Shown here in pieces: positions 17,863 through 26,902 of a stretch of DNA of 64,000 bases. This DNA comes from an uncultured Thermomicrobia bacterium (lineage in GTDB: Bacteria; Chloroflexota; Chloroflexia; Thermomicrobiales; JALYUS01). The stretch spans positions 14,075 to 78,074 of the forward strand of contig CALBSO010000059.1 in assembly GCA_937968015.1 (NCBI GenBank), given 5' to 3'. Position 1 is the first letter of the stretch. Every line of letters starts with the position of its first letter. The notes beneath the pieces were generated by a model that did not search any database, had not been told where the DNA came from, and worked only from the letters and a program-made list of their open reading frames with translations. Position numbers and translations under genes: made by a program.

Positions 17863-18741
17863 ATGCCCGATACACCGCGACGCCCAGCCAGCCGCCCGCG
17901 CCGCCCGACTGAAAAATCTTCTTCTCCCCCTTCTCCACAGGGGAAGCCGGGCGCCCTCCGGGCGGATGAGGGATTAGGGCAAGAACGCCTCCAGAAGGTA
18001 CTCGCCGCGCGGGGCATCGCCTCCCGCCGCGCTGCCGAGGAGATTATCAAGGCGGGCCGCGTCAAGGTGAATGGCCGGGTCGTACGCGAGATGGGCGTCA
18101 AGGTGGACCCGGAGCGCGACAACATCCTCGTGGACAATAAGCAACTCGCTCGTCCCCGCATGCGCTACATCATCCTCCACAAGCCGAGCGGCTACATTAC
18201 GACGACGAGTGACGAGCGTGGGCGCTGGACAGTGATGGAACTCGTGGATGTGCAGGAGCGGATCGTTCCCGTCGGGCGGCTGGATCGAGACACTGAGGGT
18301 TTGCTGCTGATGACAAATGATGGCGAGGTGGCGCATCGTGTCATGCATCCGCGCTACGGCATTCAGAAGGAATATCACGCGCTCGTTTCGCCGCTGCCCG
18401 ACCGGGAGGCCGTTCGCGCGCTTGGCGCCGGGGTGGAACTGCGCGACGAATGGGGGCAGAGCGAACGCACCGCCCCCGCGAAGGTGAGCCTCCTGCCCGT
18501 CAAGCACGGTGAGCAATGGATTCGCATCGTCATCAGCGAGGGGCGCAAGCGGCAGGTGCGCCGGATGCTTGAGGCCGTTGGTTGCGAGGTGCAGAAACTC
18601 GTGCGTGTCCGCCTCGGCCCGCTCGTCCTCACCGGCATCCCCAAAGGCGCGTGGCGCGAACTGACACCCGGCGAGCGCCGCGAACTCTTCGTCGCCCTCA
18701 AAATCGCCGATCCGGAGATGCCGACGGAGGAACGGGAATGA
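17863..18741 (+). CDS. rluB: Pseudouridine synthase, RsuA/RluB family (S4 domain plus catalytic domain)
   Basis: ERLQKVLAARGIASRRAAEEIIKAGRVKVNG (S4) and GRLDRDTEGLLLMTNDG (catalytic Asp). ATG 17863 is the only in-frame ATG, GTG or TTG upstream of the S4 domain (GGAGAGAGG upstream). Confidence 0.8.
   Translation: MPDTPRRPASRPRRPTEKSSSPPSPQGKPGALRADEGLGQERLQKVLAARGIASRRAAEEIIKAGRVKVNGRVVREMGVKVDPERDNILVDNKQLARPRMRYIILHKPSGYITTTSDERGRWTVMELVDVQERIVPVGRLDRDTEGLLLMTNDGEVAHRVMHPRYGIQKEYHALVSPLPDREAVRALGAGVELRDEWGQSERTAPAKVSLLPVKHGEQWIRIVISEGRKRQVRRMLEAVGCEVQKLVRVRLGPLVLTGIPKGAWRELTPGERRELFVALKIADPEMPTEERE
17918..17979. repeat. Partial C-rich/G-rich element (…GGGCGCCCTCCGGGCGG…GAGGGATTAGGG) inside the rluB 5' region
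   Basis: Contains a variant of the GGGCGCCCTCTGGGCAG box and a GGGATTAGGG terminus. It is translated as SPPSPQGKPGALRADEGLG if rluB starts at 17863. Confidence 0.5.
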
Positions 18742-18766
18742 GGGAATTAGGGAGCCTCACCCCCCG

Positions 18767-19483
18767 ATGATTCCCCGCGTCATCACGATTGATGGCCCGG
18801 CGGGTGTCGGGAAGACGAGCCTGGCGGAGCGGCTGGCGGAGCGGCTCGGCTATCATGTGTACGACACGGGCGCGCTGTATCGCGCGGCGACGCTGCTCGC
18901 GGCGCGGGCGGGGATGATGACGGTCGGCCCGGCGGATGAGGCGCGGATTGTCCGGCTCATCGAGGCGGCGCGCATCCATGTCGGCCCGCCGCGCGACGCC
19001 GCGAGCGAGCCGGTCGTGACGATTGACGGCGAGGACGTGACGAGCGATCTCCGTTCTCCCGCTGTCAACGGGCTGGTCTCGGCGGTCTCGCAGTTGCCCG
19101 GCGTGCGGGCCGCGCTGCTCGCGGTGCAGCGGCGGGCGGCGGCGGCGGGCGGCGTCATCATGGTGGGGCGTGATATGGGGACGGTTGTCGTGCCGGATGC
19201 CGATCTGAAAATCTACCTCGATGCGGACCCGCGCGTTCGGGCGGAGCGGCGGGCGCGGCAACTCGCCGCGCGGGGCCGGCCCCGGCCAATCGGCGAAATT
19301 GTGCGCGAGGAGGCGGAACGCGACCGGCTGGACAGCAGCCGTACTGTCGCGCCGCTCCGGCCCGCGCCGGACGCGATCATTATCATCAATGACGTACTGA
19401 CACCGGAGGAAGTCGCCGAGCGGGCGCTGCATGAGGTGGAGAAGGCAGCGGCCCGCGCCGGAGCGGGAGGGGAGGCATCATGA
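18767..19483 (+). CDS. cmk: Cytidylate kinase
   Basis: ITIDGPAGVGKTS P-loop, YDTGALYRA, GRDMGTVV. Confidence 0.9.
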   Translation: MIPRVITIDGPAGVGKTSLAERLAERLGYHVYDTGALYRAATLLAARAGMMTVGPADEARIVRLIEAARIHVGPPRDAASEPVVTIDGEDVTSDLRSPAVNGLVSAVSQLPGVRAALLAVQRRAAAAGGVIMVGRDMGTVVVPDADLKIYLDADPRVRAERRARQLAARGRPRPIGEIVREEAERDRLDSSRTVAPLRPAPDAIIIINDVLTPEEVAERALHEVEKAAARAGAGGEAS

Positions 19484-20238
19484 GCGTCACAACCCGGACA
19501 ACGCCGAAAACGCCGCCCGCGCATCGCGACGAACGCGACCGCGTTGATGCCTTCCGGCGCACGCGCCTGTACGGGGCGCTGTTTCGCGGCACGCGCTGGG
19601 CATTCCGCGCGGCGTTCGTGCCGTTGATGCGCCTCGATGTGCGGGGTCTTGAGAATGTGCCGCGTCGGGGCGCGCTGATCATTGCGAGCAATCATCTGCA
19701 TAACTTCGACCCCGAAGTCGTCGGCGCGGTGATCCCCCGGACGGTCTTCATCATGGCGAAGAAGGAACTCTTCACCGTCCCCGTTGTCGGTGGCTTCATC
19801 CGCTTCTTTGGCGCGTTTCCCATTGATCGGGGCGCGGCCGATCGGGTCGCCCTGCGTTACGCCGTGCATCTCGTTGAGGACGGCGAGGCGCTCCTGATGT
19901 TCCCGGAGGGGACACGCTCGCTGACGGCGAAGATCGAGAAGGTGCTGCCTGGCGCGGCGTTCGTCGCCTTGCGGACAGGCGCGCCGATCCTGCCCGTCGC
20001 CGTGACCGGTACCGAGACGCTGCCGTTCGATGCGAAGGCGGCAGCGGCGGGGCGCAGGCGGCAAGGCCGCGCGCGCGTGACGGTGACGTTCGGCGCGCCC
20101 TTCCACCTCGGCCCTGGCGCGGACGGCAAGCGGCCGACAATGGCGGCGGCGGCGGACGAGATGATGCGCCATATCGCCGCGCTCTTGCCACCGGAGTATC
20201 GCGGCATCTATGCCGACACGAGCGAGGGCGGCGCGTGA
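19480..20238 (+). CDS. plsC: 1-acyl-sn-glycerol-3-phosphate acyltransferase
   Basis: NHLHNFD (HX4D) and FPEGTRS motifs. ATGA overlap with cmk. Confidence 0.85.
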   Translation: MSVTTRTTPKTPPAHRDERDRVDAFRRTRLYGALFRGTRWAFRAAFVPLMRLDVRGLENVPRRGALIIASNHLHNFDPEVVGAVIPRTVFIMAKKELFTVPVVGGFIRFFGAFPIDRGAADRVALRYAVHLVEDGEALLMFPEGTRSLTAKIEKVLPGAAFVALRTGAPILPVAVTGTETLPFDAKAAAAGRRRQGRARVTVTFGAPFHLGPGADGKRPTMAAAADEMMRHIAALLPPEYRGIYADTSEGGA

Positions 20239-21932
20239 TGGACGGCACCGGCCGCTCGGCGCGCGAGCATGTCGCGGCGATCCAATCCGCGTTGGAGGAT
20301 GGCGACAACGAGGGCGCCGCCGATCTCGCCGGACAGGGTCTTGCGGTCTTCCCGGATGCCGCCGTCTTCCACTGCCTGCGGGGGATTGCGCTCTTCGCCC
20401 TCGGCGCGAACGGAGAGGCGAAAACGCACCTCGCCGCCGCGCTCGCCGTTGACCCGCTCGACAATGCCCCGCTCCTCGCGCTCGCCGGGCTGGCCGACGC
20501 GGAAGGCGACCCCTACACCGCCGCCGAATATTTCCTGACCGCGTGGGAGCACGATCCGTCGAACCGCGACCTCCGCGCCGAACTGACCGCGCGGCTGGCG
20601 TCGCTCTATGGACCGGAAGGGTACTTGCAGTTCACCCGGCCCGCGCTCGCCGCCCTCTATGTTCGCAATTGCTACCCGGAGCGCGCCGCCCGCGAGTACC
20701 GCGCCATCCTCACCGAGCATCCGAACCGGACGGACCTTCGCCTCGCCGCCGCGCTCGCGCAGTGGCGACTGGGCAACCTGGCGGAGACGATCGAGGAGTG
20801 TACCGCCCTCCTGACCGAGCAGCCGAACGTCGTTTCGGCCCGTTGGGCGTTGGCGGATGCGCTGGCGCGGCGCGGCAACGGCGATTTGGCGAGGGAGCAC
20901 GCGAAACAGGCGGCCTGCTTCGATCCGGATGGCGCGATCGCGCATGTATTGATCGCGGGCAACCCGGATGCGGCGATCGTTGACCCCGACGAACCCCTGC
21001 ACGTGCCGGACGACTGGCGAGATCGCCTGCCGCCCGCCGCTACAGGCGGGACAGATGCAGCGACACCGACCGAACCCGACGCGAGGGAAGCCGAGCCTGA
21101 GCCGTCGCTTCCCGCCGACATTGAAGAACCGGCCGTGAAGTCCGACACGATGCGGCTGGTGGAAGCATTATCCAGCCTCGCGGCGGCGCTCGTGGAAGCG
21201 AAGGCCGCCGAACCCGATACCGATCTGCCGCGCGTGCAGCCGGAAGCGGCTACGGAACCGGAGGAAACAGGATTGACATTGCCCGGTGCGGCGGGCCTCG
21301 CGGAGGCAATCGCCGCGCTCGATATGCCCGTTGACGTGCCTCCCGAACCACCCGTTGAATCGCTGCCGCACCCGCTCGACGTGCCGTATGCCGAACGGGA
21401 AGACGCGGACGCGATCGCGGAAGCGCCAACTGCGATCGCGGACGAGCCGGAGCCGGTCATCGCCGTCGTTGACGAGGACGGCGCGATTATCGCCACGCAG
21501 CAGGGTGGTGAGCCATCGCTGGATGCGGCGGACGTTCTGCCCACCCCCCAACTCTCTCCCGCGGGCGCCCTCTGGGCAGGAGGAAGGGGAGACGGAGGGA
21601 GGGGTCGCGAACCGCGCTCCCAGGAGATCGCGCCGAAAGGGCACCCGGAGTCCTCAGCCCTTGATCTGGTGCGGGCGGGGGATGTCGCACGGGCGGTTGG
21701 CGGGATGCGGGCGGCGCTGGCGGCGGCGGGCACGGATCACGATCAACTGCATGCCCTCTTGCCCGGCCTTCGCGCCCTCGTGGATGCCACGCCCGAACGC
21801 CCCGACTCCCGGCGGCTCCTCGGCGACGCATACGCCCGCCTCGGCCTCTACGCCCAGGCACAAGGCCAGTATCGCCAAGCCCTCCTCGTCCGCATCGCGG
21901 GCAAGGGCGCGGGCCGCGAACGACCCCCTTAA
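20235..21932 (+). CDS. TPR-repeat protein with an acidic P/E-rich linker
   Basis: N-terminal and C-terminal TPR-like helices (e.g. GDAYARLGLYAQAQGQYRQAL). The central low-complexity EP-rich region contains a repeat-element-derived segment. Confidence 0.6.
   Translation: MMDGTGRSAREHVAAIQSALEDGDNEGAADLAGQGLAVFPDAAVFHCLRGIALFALGANGEAKTHLAAALAVDPLDNAPLLALAGLADAEGDPYTAAEYFLTAWEHDPSNRDLRAELTARLASLYGPEGYLQFTRPALAALYVRNCYPERAAREYRAILTEHPNRTDLRLAAALAQWRLGNLAETIEECTALLTEQPNVVSARWALADALARRGNGDLAREHAKQAACFDPDGAIAHVLIAGNPDAAIVDPDEPLHVPDDWRDRLPPAATGGTDAATPTEPDAREAEPEPSLPADIEEPAVKSDTMRLVEALSSLAAALVEAKAAEPDTDLPRVQPEAATEPEETGLTLPGAAGLAEAIAALDMPVDVPPEPPVESLPHPLDVPYAEREDADAIAEAPTAIADEPEPVIAVVDEDGAIIATQQGGEPSLDAADVLPTPQLSPAGALWAGGRGDGGRGREPRSQEIAPKGHPESSALDLVRAGDVARAVGGMRAALAAAGTDHDQLHALLPGLRALVDATPERPDSRRLLGDAYARLGLYAQAQGQYRQALLVRIAGKGAGRERPP
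21538..21606. repeat. C-rich/G-rich element fragment embedded in frame in the TPR ORF
   Basis: CCCACCCCCCAACTCTCTCCCGCGGGCGCCCTCTGGGCAGGAGGAAGGGGA closely parallels 28923..28975 and holds the reverse complement of the shared box at 21560..21579. It is translated as LPTPQLSPAGALWAGGRGDGGRG. Confidence 0.65.
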
Positions 21933-22522
21933 TGGAGGAACGCATGGTCGCGCAACCGCAGGTCATCACCGTGAACGGCGCGGCGACGCGCCCCGCGACC
22001 GCCGATCAGGCGACCGTCCTGTTTCTCGCCGAGGGGACGGGCGCGACGGTCGGGCAGGCCCTCCGCGCGCACGCCGAAGAGGTGCAGCGGGTGGTGCAGG
22101 CGTTAATCGGCTGTGGCGCGCCGCAGGCAGACATCCACGGGAGCGCGCCCCGCATCCTCGAAGAAGACGAGCCTGGTCTGCCCAGCAACGCGCAGCGGGC
22201 GAACACGACCTCGCGGGTGGGCGGCGTGATTCGTGTCGTCCTCTACGACTTTGTCCGGCTCGGACAAATCGTTGATGCCGCGCTCAACGCGGGCGCGGCG
22301 TTCGGCGGCATCACCTTCGGCCTGCGCGACGAAAAGGACGCACGCCAAATCGCCCTCGCCGCAGCCCTCGCGGACGCCCGTGCCACCGGGGAGGCAATCG
22401 CCGTCACCTTCGGCAAATCCCTCAGCGCAGCCCTCGGCGTCGCCGAAGAATCCGTCGCCTTCGATGGCGTCGGCGAATACACCGCCCGCGTGCGCGTGAC
22501 ATTCATGCTCCTGAACGCATGA
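21932..22522 (+). CDS. SIMPL/DUF541-like protein
   Basis: Size and pattern (VITVNG..., ...GITFGLRDEKDARQIALAAALADARATGEAIA) resemble SIMPL-domain proteins. The assignment is weak. Confidence 0.45.
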   Translation: MEERMVAQPQVITVNGAATRPATADQATVLFLAEGTGATVGQALRAHAEEVQRVVQALIGCGAPQADIHGSAPRILEEDEPGLPSNAQRANTTSRVGGVIRVVLYDFVRLGQIVDAALNAGAAFGGITFGLRDEKDARQIALAAALADARATGEAIAVTFGKSLSAALGVAEESVAFDGVGEYTARVRVTFMLLNA

Positions 22523-22540
22523 CGCCGACAATACTCCCTG

Positions 22541-23197
22541 ATGGTCGGAAGGAGAGAGTCAATGCACGCGGACGATGCGAGTAATCTCCACGCCCTTACC
22601 GTTCTCCGAAAGCTTGGGACAGAGCCGTTCCACGCCGCGCGGCAGGTGTTGCCCTTCACGCTTCTCGATTTTTGGCGATGGTGCAGTTCCGATCTTACGA
22701 ATAACGCGATGCGTGGCGTTGTCGCGGAGTACTTGGTTGCGTGCGATTTAGGTTTGGCAGATGGGATACGGGTGGAATGGGATGCATATGATTTGAAGAC
22801 TCAAGAAGGCATCAAAGTCGAGGTGAAGTCTGCGGCATATCTCCAGAGTTGGCATCAAGAGAAACTTTCCGCGATCTCTTTCGGGATTCAGCCAACGATT
22901 GGCTGGAACGCGAGTACGAACGAATACAGTACCGAGCGCAGAAGGCAGGCAGATGTGTATGTGTTCGCATTGTTGCATCATCAAGACAAAACGACGCTCG
23001 ATCCTCTGAATGTTGATCAATGGGAATTCTATCTGCTACCAACGTCGGTCTTGGATGACAAGGTGGCGACGCAGAAGCAGATAGGCTTCGTGACGTTGCT
23101 GCGCCTGACGCCAACGAAGGTCCGGTTTGGCGAAATTGCCACAGCAATCGAACATCTATTTCTGTCGTCAGACAACCATCGTGGCAGTGCGATATGA
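22541..23197 (+). CDS. PD-(D/E)xK nuclease-fold protein of unknown function, on a low-GC islet
   Basis: Candidate catalytic pattern AEYLVA...WDAYDL...GIKVEVKS (D...E-x-K). GC is roughly 50 percent against about two-thirds in the flanks. Start may be ATG 22562. Confidence 0.5.
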   Translation: MVGRRESMHADDASNLHALTVLRKLGTEPFHAARQVLPFTLLDFWRWCSSDLTNNAMRGVVAEYLVACDLGLADGIRVEWDAYDLKTQEGIKVEVKSAAYLQSWHQEKLSAISFGIQPTIGWNASTNEYSTERRRQADVYVFALLHHQDKTTLDPLNVDQWEFYLLPTSVLDDKVATQKQIGFVTLLRLTPTKVRFGEIATAIEHLFLSSDNHRGSAI

Positions 23198-23236
23198 TGC
23201 ACGACGACATTGGATGATTGATTCGAGGAGGAGTAT

Positions 23237-23695
23237 GTGGCGGAGATTGAGCGGACGCTGGTGATCGCGAAGCCGGACGCGGTGCAGCGAGGGTTGGTGG
23301 GGGAGATTATCGGGCGGCTGGAGCGGCGCGGGCTGCAACTAATCGCGTGCAAGATGATTCATGTGAGCCGTGCGCTCGCCGAGGAGCATTACGCGGAGCA
23401 CAAGGGCAAGGGCTTCTTCGAGGGGTTAGTCTCCTTTATCATCTCGTCGCCCGTCGTCGTTGCCGTCTTCGCCGGGCCGGGCGCGATTGCCACCGTCCGC
23501 AAGATGAACGGCGCGACGAACCCCGCGAACGCGGAACCCGGTACGGTGCGTGGCGACCTCGGCTTGGATGTCGGGCGCAACCTCGTCCACGCGTCGGACG
23601 GCGCGGAGAGTGCGGCGCGGGAGATCGGCCTCTGGTTCACACCCGACGAAATTCTCTCGTGGGAGCGCACGAACGAGCGCTGGATTCGCGAATGA
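23237..23695 (+). CDS. ndk: Nucleoside diphosphate kinase
   Basis: ERTLVIAKPDAVQRGLVGEII, NLVHASD active-site His. GTG start with GAGGAGGAG upstream. Confidence 0.95.
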   Translation: MAEIERTLVIAKPDAVQRGLVGEIIGRLERRGLQLIACKMIHVSRALAEEHYAEHKGKGFFEGLVSFIISSPVVVAVFAGPGAIATVRKMNGATNPANAEPGTVRGDLGLDVGRNLVHASDGAESAAREIGLWFTPDEILSWERTNERWIRE

Positions 23696-23702
23696 GCCGG
23701 TG

Positions 23703-23722
23703 GCACAGGCAAAAGCCTGTGC
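23703..23722 (+). terminator. Stem-loop just downstream of ndk (GCACAGGC-AAAA-GCCTGTGC)
   Basis: 8-bp perfect stem starting 8 nt after the ndk stop. No clear U-tract follows. Confidence 0.4.
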
Positions 23723-23958
23723 GTCCATTACCGTCAAATTCTTAGGATTCATCAGCCCGCGCCACCATGTATGAGCATATTCGGATAATCGCGGCCGGGA
23801 ATAATCCGGCCGTTCGCGTGTTAGAACCTGTGCGGGGCGAGAGACCCCGCAGGGATTTATTGAAAACCACACATTGATACGAGACGACTTTCAGTGACAT
23901 AGCATATTCCTTTCCTTCCCTCCTCCTTCCCGGTCCGGTATCACCCGCACCGGACCAC

Positions 23959-23990
23959 AAAGACCGGCGACCGCGAGGTTGCCGGTCTTT
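23959..23990 (+). terminator. Strong stem-loop AAAGACCGGC-N12-GCCGGTCTTT
   Basis: 10-bp perfect stem ending in UUU followed by GCUAUGCUU. It would terminate a transcript arising in the ndk-MFS spacer. Confidence 0.4.
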
Positions 23991-24100
23991 GCTATGCTTG
24001 CGGTCCGTACGAGCCGCGCGGCGCGTGGCGCGTGGCGCGTTGCTTGCATCGTACCGCGTTCAGGGAAATGGCAGAAGCCTGCCACCACCGGAGGAAATGC

Positions 24101-25414
24101 ATGGTGCAGGGCACGGGAACGCCGACAACAACTGATCCTCCCCGACCGGAGGTGTTCGAGCCTGTCGAGCAGCCGCGCCTCAGTCTGGGTGAGATTCGGC
24201 GGATCGCCCAGCGGCCGGGCTTGCGCAATATCTGGCTCGCGCAGATCGTCTCGCAACTCGGCGACGGCATGTTCACGACAGCGATTGCCCTCGCCGTCCT
24301 CAATCGTACGAACTCCGGCACCGCGCTCTCGCTGACGGTGATCGCGCAGTTTTTGCCCTTCCTCTTCCTCGGCATCGTCGCGGGCGCGCTCGTGGACCGC
24401 TGGGAGCGGCGGCTGACGATGGTCGTCTCGGACATCATCCGGGGCGGCGTCGTGCTGCTTATCCCGATCCTCGACTGGCTCGGCGTGCTGCATCCATCGA
24501 GTTATGCCATCGTCGCCTTCCTGCTCACGACCGCCGGGCTGTTTTTCGACCCCGCCAAGAGTGCGATTGTCCCAACGCTCGTCTCCCGCGCGTCGCTTGC
24601 CCGCACGAACGCGCTACTCGAATCCACGCGGCAGGTGTTGTTCGTTGCCGGGCCAGCGGTCGGTGGCGTGCTGATCGCCGTCGTCGGGATTGGCGGTGTC
24701 TTCATCGCGGACGGTGCGACCTTCTTCATTTCCGCGCTCATCCTCTTTGGCGTGCCACGCGCCCGGCCGGAAGAGGCGCCGATCCCGGAGGGGGAGGACG
24801 AGACAGGTGGCGAAGGGTTGGGGACGGCGATCCGTCGCGGTCTCGACTATATCCGTACGAACCGGCTGCTCCGGCTGATCGTCGGCGTCGGCTCGGCACT
24901 CAACTTCTTCCTCTCGCCCCTACCCATTCTCATCCCACTCTTCTTCACGCAGGTGCTTCACACGGGGTCCTCCGCCTTCGGCGCGGCGATCTCGATCATC
25001 TTCATCGGCTTCCTGATCGGCGCGGTGCTCGTCGGCGCGTTTGCGCCGCGTGTCGGCAAGGGGTGGCTGACCGTCTTCGGCGTCCTGCTCGCGGGGGTGG
25101 CGACGGGCCTGTTCGCACTCGGGCCACCCGTCATCGTCGTCCTCGGGCTCGCGCTGCTCGGCGGCGTGGCAATTGGCGCGCTCAATGTCTGCGAATCCAC
25201 CGTCATCCAGGAGAACGCGCCGGACGCGATGCGCGGTCGCGTTTTCGCGGTCTACGAGAGCGTTTCGCAGGGCGGGCGGGCGATCGCGGTCGCCCTCTCC
25301 GGTGTACTGGCGGATTTGATTGGCGTCTCGTGGCTCTTTCTGGCAGTCGGGATGCTCGTGCTCGTCTGCGGCGGCGCGCTCGTTCTCAGTCCGACGATCC
25401 GTGCGGCAAAGTGA
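24101..25414 (+). CDS. MFS transporter (12-TM)
   Basis: GGAGG 6 nt upstream of ATG 24101. Hydrophobic repeat pattern. LVDRWERR loop motif typical of MFS_3/EntS-like exporters. Confidence 0.8.
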   Translation: MVQGTGTPTTTDPPRPEVFEPVEQPRLSLGEIRRIAQRPGLRNIWLAQIVSQLGDGMFTTAIALAVLNRTNSGTALSLTVIAQFLPFLFLGIVAGALVDRWERRLTMVVSDIIRGGVVLLIPILDWLGVLHPSSYAIVAFLLTTAGLFFDPAKSAIVPTLVSRASLARTNALLESTRQVLFVAGPAVGGVLIAVVGIGGVFIADGATFFISALILFGVPRARPEEAPIPEGEDETGGEGLGTAIRRGLDYIRTNRLLRLIVGVGSALNFFLSPLPILIPLFFTQVLHTGSSAFGAAISIIFIGFLIGAVLVGAFAPRVGKGWLTVFGVLLAGVATGLFALGPPVIVVLGLALLGGVAIGALNVCESTVIQENAPDAMRGRVFAVYESVSQGGRAIAVALSGVLADLIGVSWLFLAVGMLVLVCGGALVLSPTIRAAK

Positions 25415-25573
25415 GACTGCAGCCCCGCGGTGGCGGGAGAGGGGAGCGTGGATACGGAAGCCTTGAGGGTGTTGTGCGCGCAGGGCTCCCGATCACGCCT
25501 GACTTGTTACTCCTTTCCGCACGTCCTATGATGACGCTATCGGGCACGTCAGCACGGTGGAAAGGGGAGCGAC

Positions 25574-26368
25574 ATGACAGCGACGGCAACGGAGACGTAC
25601 CAGCATATTCTCATCGCGATGGACGGCTCTGTCGCCACGATCACGATGAACCGCCCGGAGCGGCGGAACGCCCTCTCACTCGCGCATATGGAAGAGTTGA
25701 TGCACTGCCTGAAGGCAATCGGGCAGGAGCGCTCGGTAGCCGCCGTGATCTTGCGTGGCAACGGGCCGGCCTTCTGCGCCGGGCACGATCTCAGCGAGAT
25801 GATTGGGCAGGAGCCAGGCGCGTATCGGCACATCTTCGCCGTCTGCTGCGAACTGATGGGGACGATCCAGGCCATCCCGCAGCCGGTGATCGCCCAGGTG
25901 CATGGCATCGCCACCGCCGCCGGGTGCCAGTTAGTCGCGACGTGCGATCTCGCGATTGCCGCTGAGGAGGCGCGTTTTGCCACACCGGGCGTCAAGATCG
26001 GCCTCTTCTGCTCGACGCCAATGGTCGCGCTCAGTCGGGCGGTCGGACGGAAGAAGGCGATGGAGATGTTGCTGACGGGCGATCTCATCCCCGCGCACGA
26101 AGCGCTGGCCGCCGGGCTGGTGAACAACGTCGTGCCCGCCGCCGCACTGGAAAGCGCAACGCACACCCTCGCCGAAAAGATCGCCGCCAGCAGCCACCTG
26201 GTCATCGGCATTGGCAAGCAGGCGTTCTATCGCCAACTGGAGATGCCGCAGCACCAGGCATACGACTACGCGATGGAGGTGATGGCCTTCAACGCGACCT
26301 TCGCCGACGCGCAGGAGGGCATGTGCGCCTTCCTCGAAAAGCGGCATCCCGAATGGCGGAATACATAG
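25574..26368 (+). CDS. Enoyl-CoA hydratase/isomerase (crotonase) family protein
   Basis: ITMNRPERRNAL, GNGPAFCAGHDL, HGIATAAGCQL. Confidence 0.85.
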   Translation: MTATATETYQHILIAMDGSVATITMNRPERRNALSLAHMEELMHCLKAIGQERSVAAVILRGNGPAFCAGHDLSEMIGQEPGAYRHIFAVCCELMGTIQAIPQPVIAQVHGIATAAGCQLVATCDLAIAAEEARFATPGVKIGLFCSTPMVALSRAVGRKKAMEMLLTGDLIPAHEALAAGLVNNVVPAAALESATHTLAEKIAASSHLVIGIGKQAFYRQLEMPQHQAYDYAMEVMAFNATFADAQEGMCAFLEKRHPEWRNT

Positions 26369-26404
26369 CGGGATGGATCGAGAGATCAGATACGAGGAGG
26401 GCAG

Positions 26405-26875
26405 ATGAAAGTCTATCTCGCGTCGCCCCTCGGCTTCGCGGCGTCCACCAAACCGTACATGGAGAAACTGGAAAAGGCGCTCGCCGGGACTGGCATTGAC
26501 GTCATCAATCCGTGGAAGAGCGACTTCGTCGCGGCGTTCCGGCGCGCGAACGCGGTGACTGACTATGCGGAACGCGTCGCGGCACTGGGGCGAGTGAATA
26601 CCGAGGTCGCGCGGAAGAATGAGCAGTCTATCCGGGCATCCGACATGGTACTCGCCGTCCTCGATGGCGTGGACGTGGATTCCGGCACGGCGAGCGAGAT
26701 GGGTTTCGCCTTCGCGCTCGGCAAGCGCATCCATGGCCTCCGCACCGACACGCGCCTGATCGGCGACAACGAGGGCAGCGTCATCAACCTGCAGGTGCAG
26801 TACTGGATCGAGACGAGCGGCGGGAAATTGGTGCGGACGCTCGCGGAGGCCATGGCCCTTTTCAGGGACGAGTAA
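26405..26875 (+). CDS. Nucleoside 2-deoxyribosyltransferase-family protein
   Basis: MKVYLASPLGF..., DSGTASEMGFAFALGK is the typical NDT/Rcl pattern. Confidence 0.7.
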   Translation: MKVYLASPLGFAASTKPYMEKLEKALAGTGIDVINPWKSDFVAAFRRANAVTDYAERVAALGRVNTEVARKNEQSIRASDMVLAVLDGVDVDSGTASEMGFAFALGKRIHGLRTDTRLIGDNEGSVINLQVQYWIETSGGKLVRTLAEAMALFRDE

Positions 26876-26902
26876 ACGAACGGGGAGCGAAACCACTCAT
26901 TA

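Noticed and set aside
16610-17938. 442-aa minus-strand ORF
   Set aside because: It is antisense to the SxxK/SGN/KTG carboxypeptidase gene, so it is a shadow ORF.
23741-23770. Minus-strand CUGAUGAAUCCUAAG resembling the 3' part of a fluoride (crcB) riboswitch
   Set aside because: I could not find the P1 stem, the pseudoknot partner or the P3 GCCC/GGGC helix. No gene lies downstream on that strand; it would run antisense into ndk.
24019-24040. GCGCGTG GCGCGTG GCGCGTT tandem heptads upstream of the MFS gene
   Set aside because: It has only three units and no complementary arm nearby, so I could not tie it to the hairpin family with any confidence.
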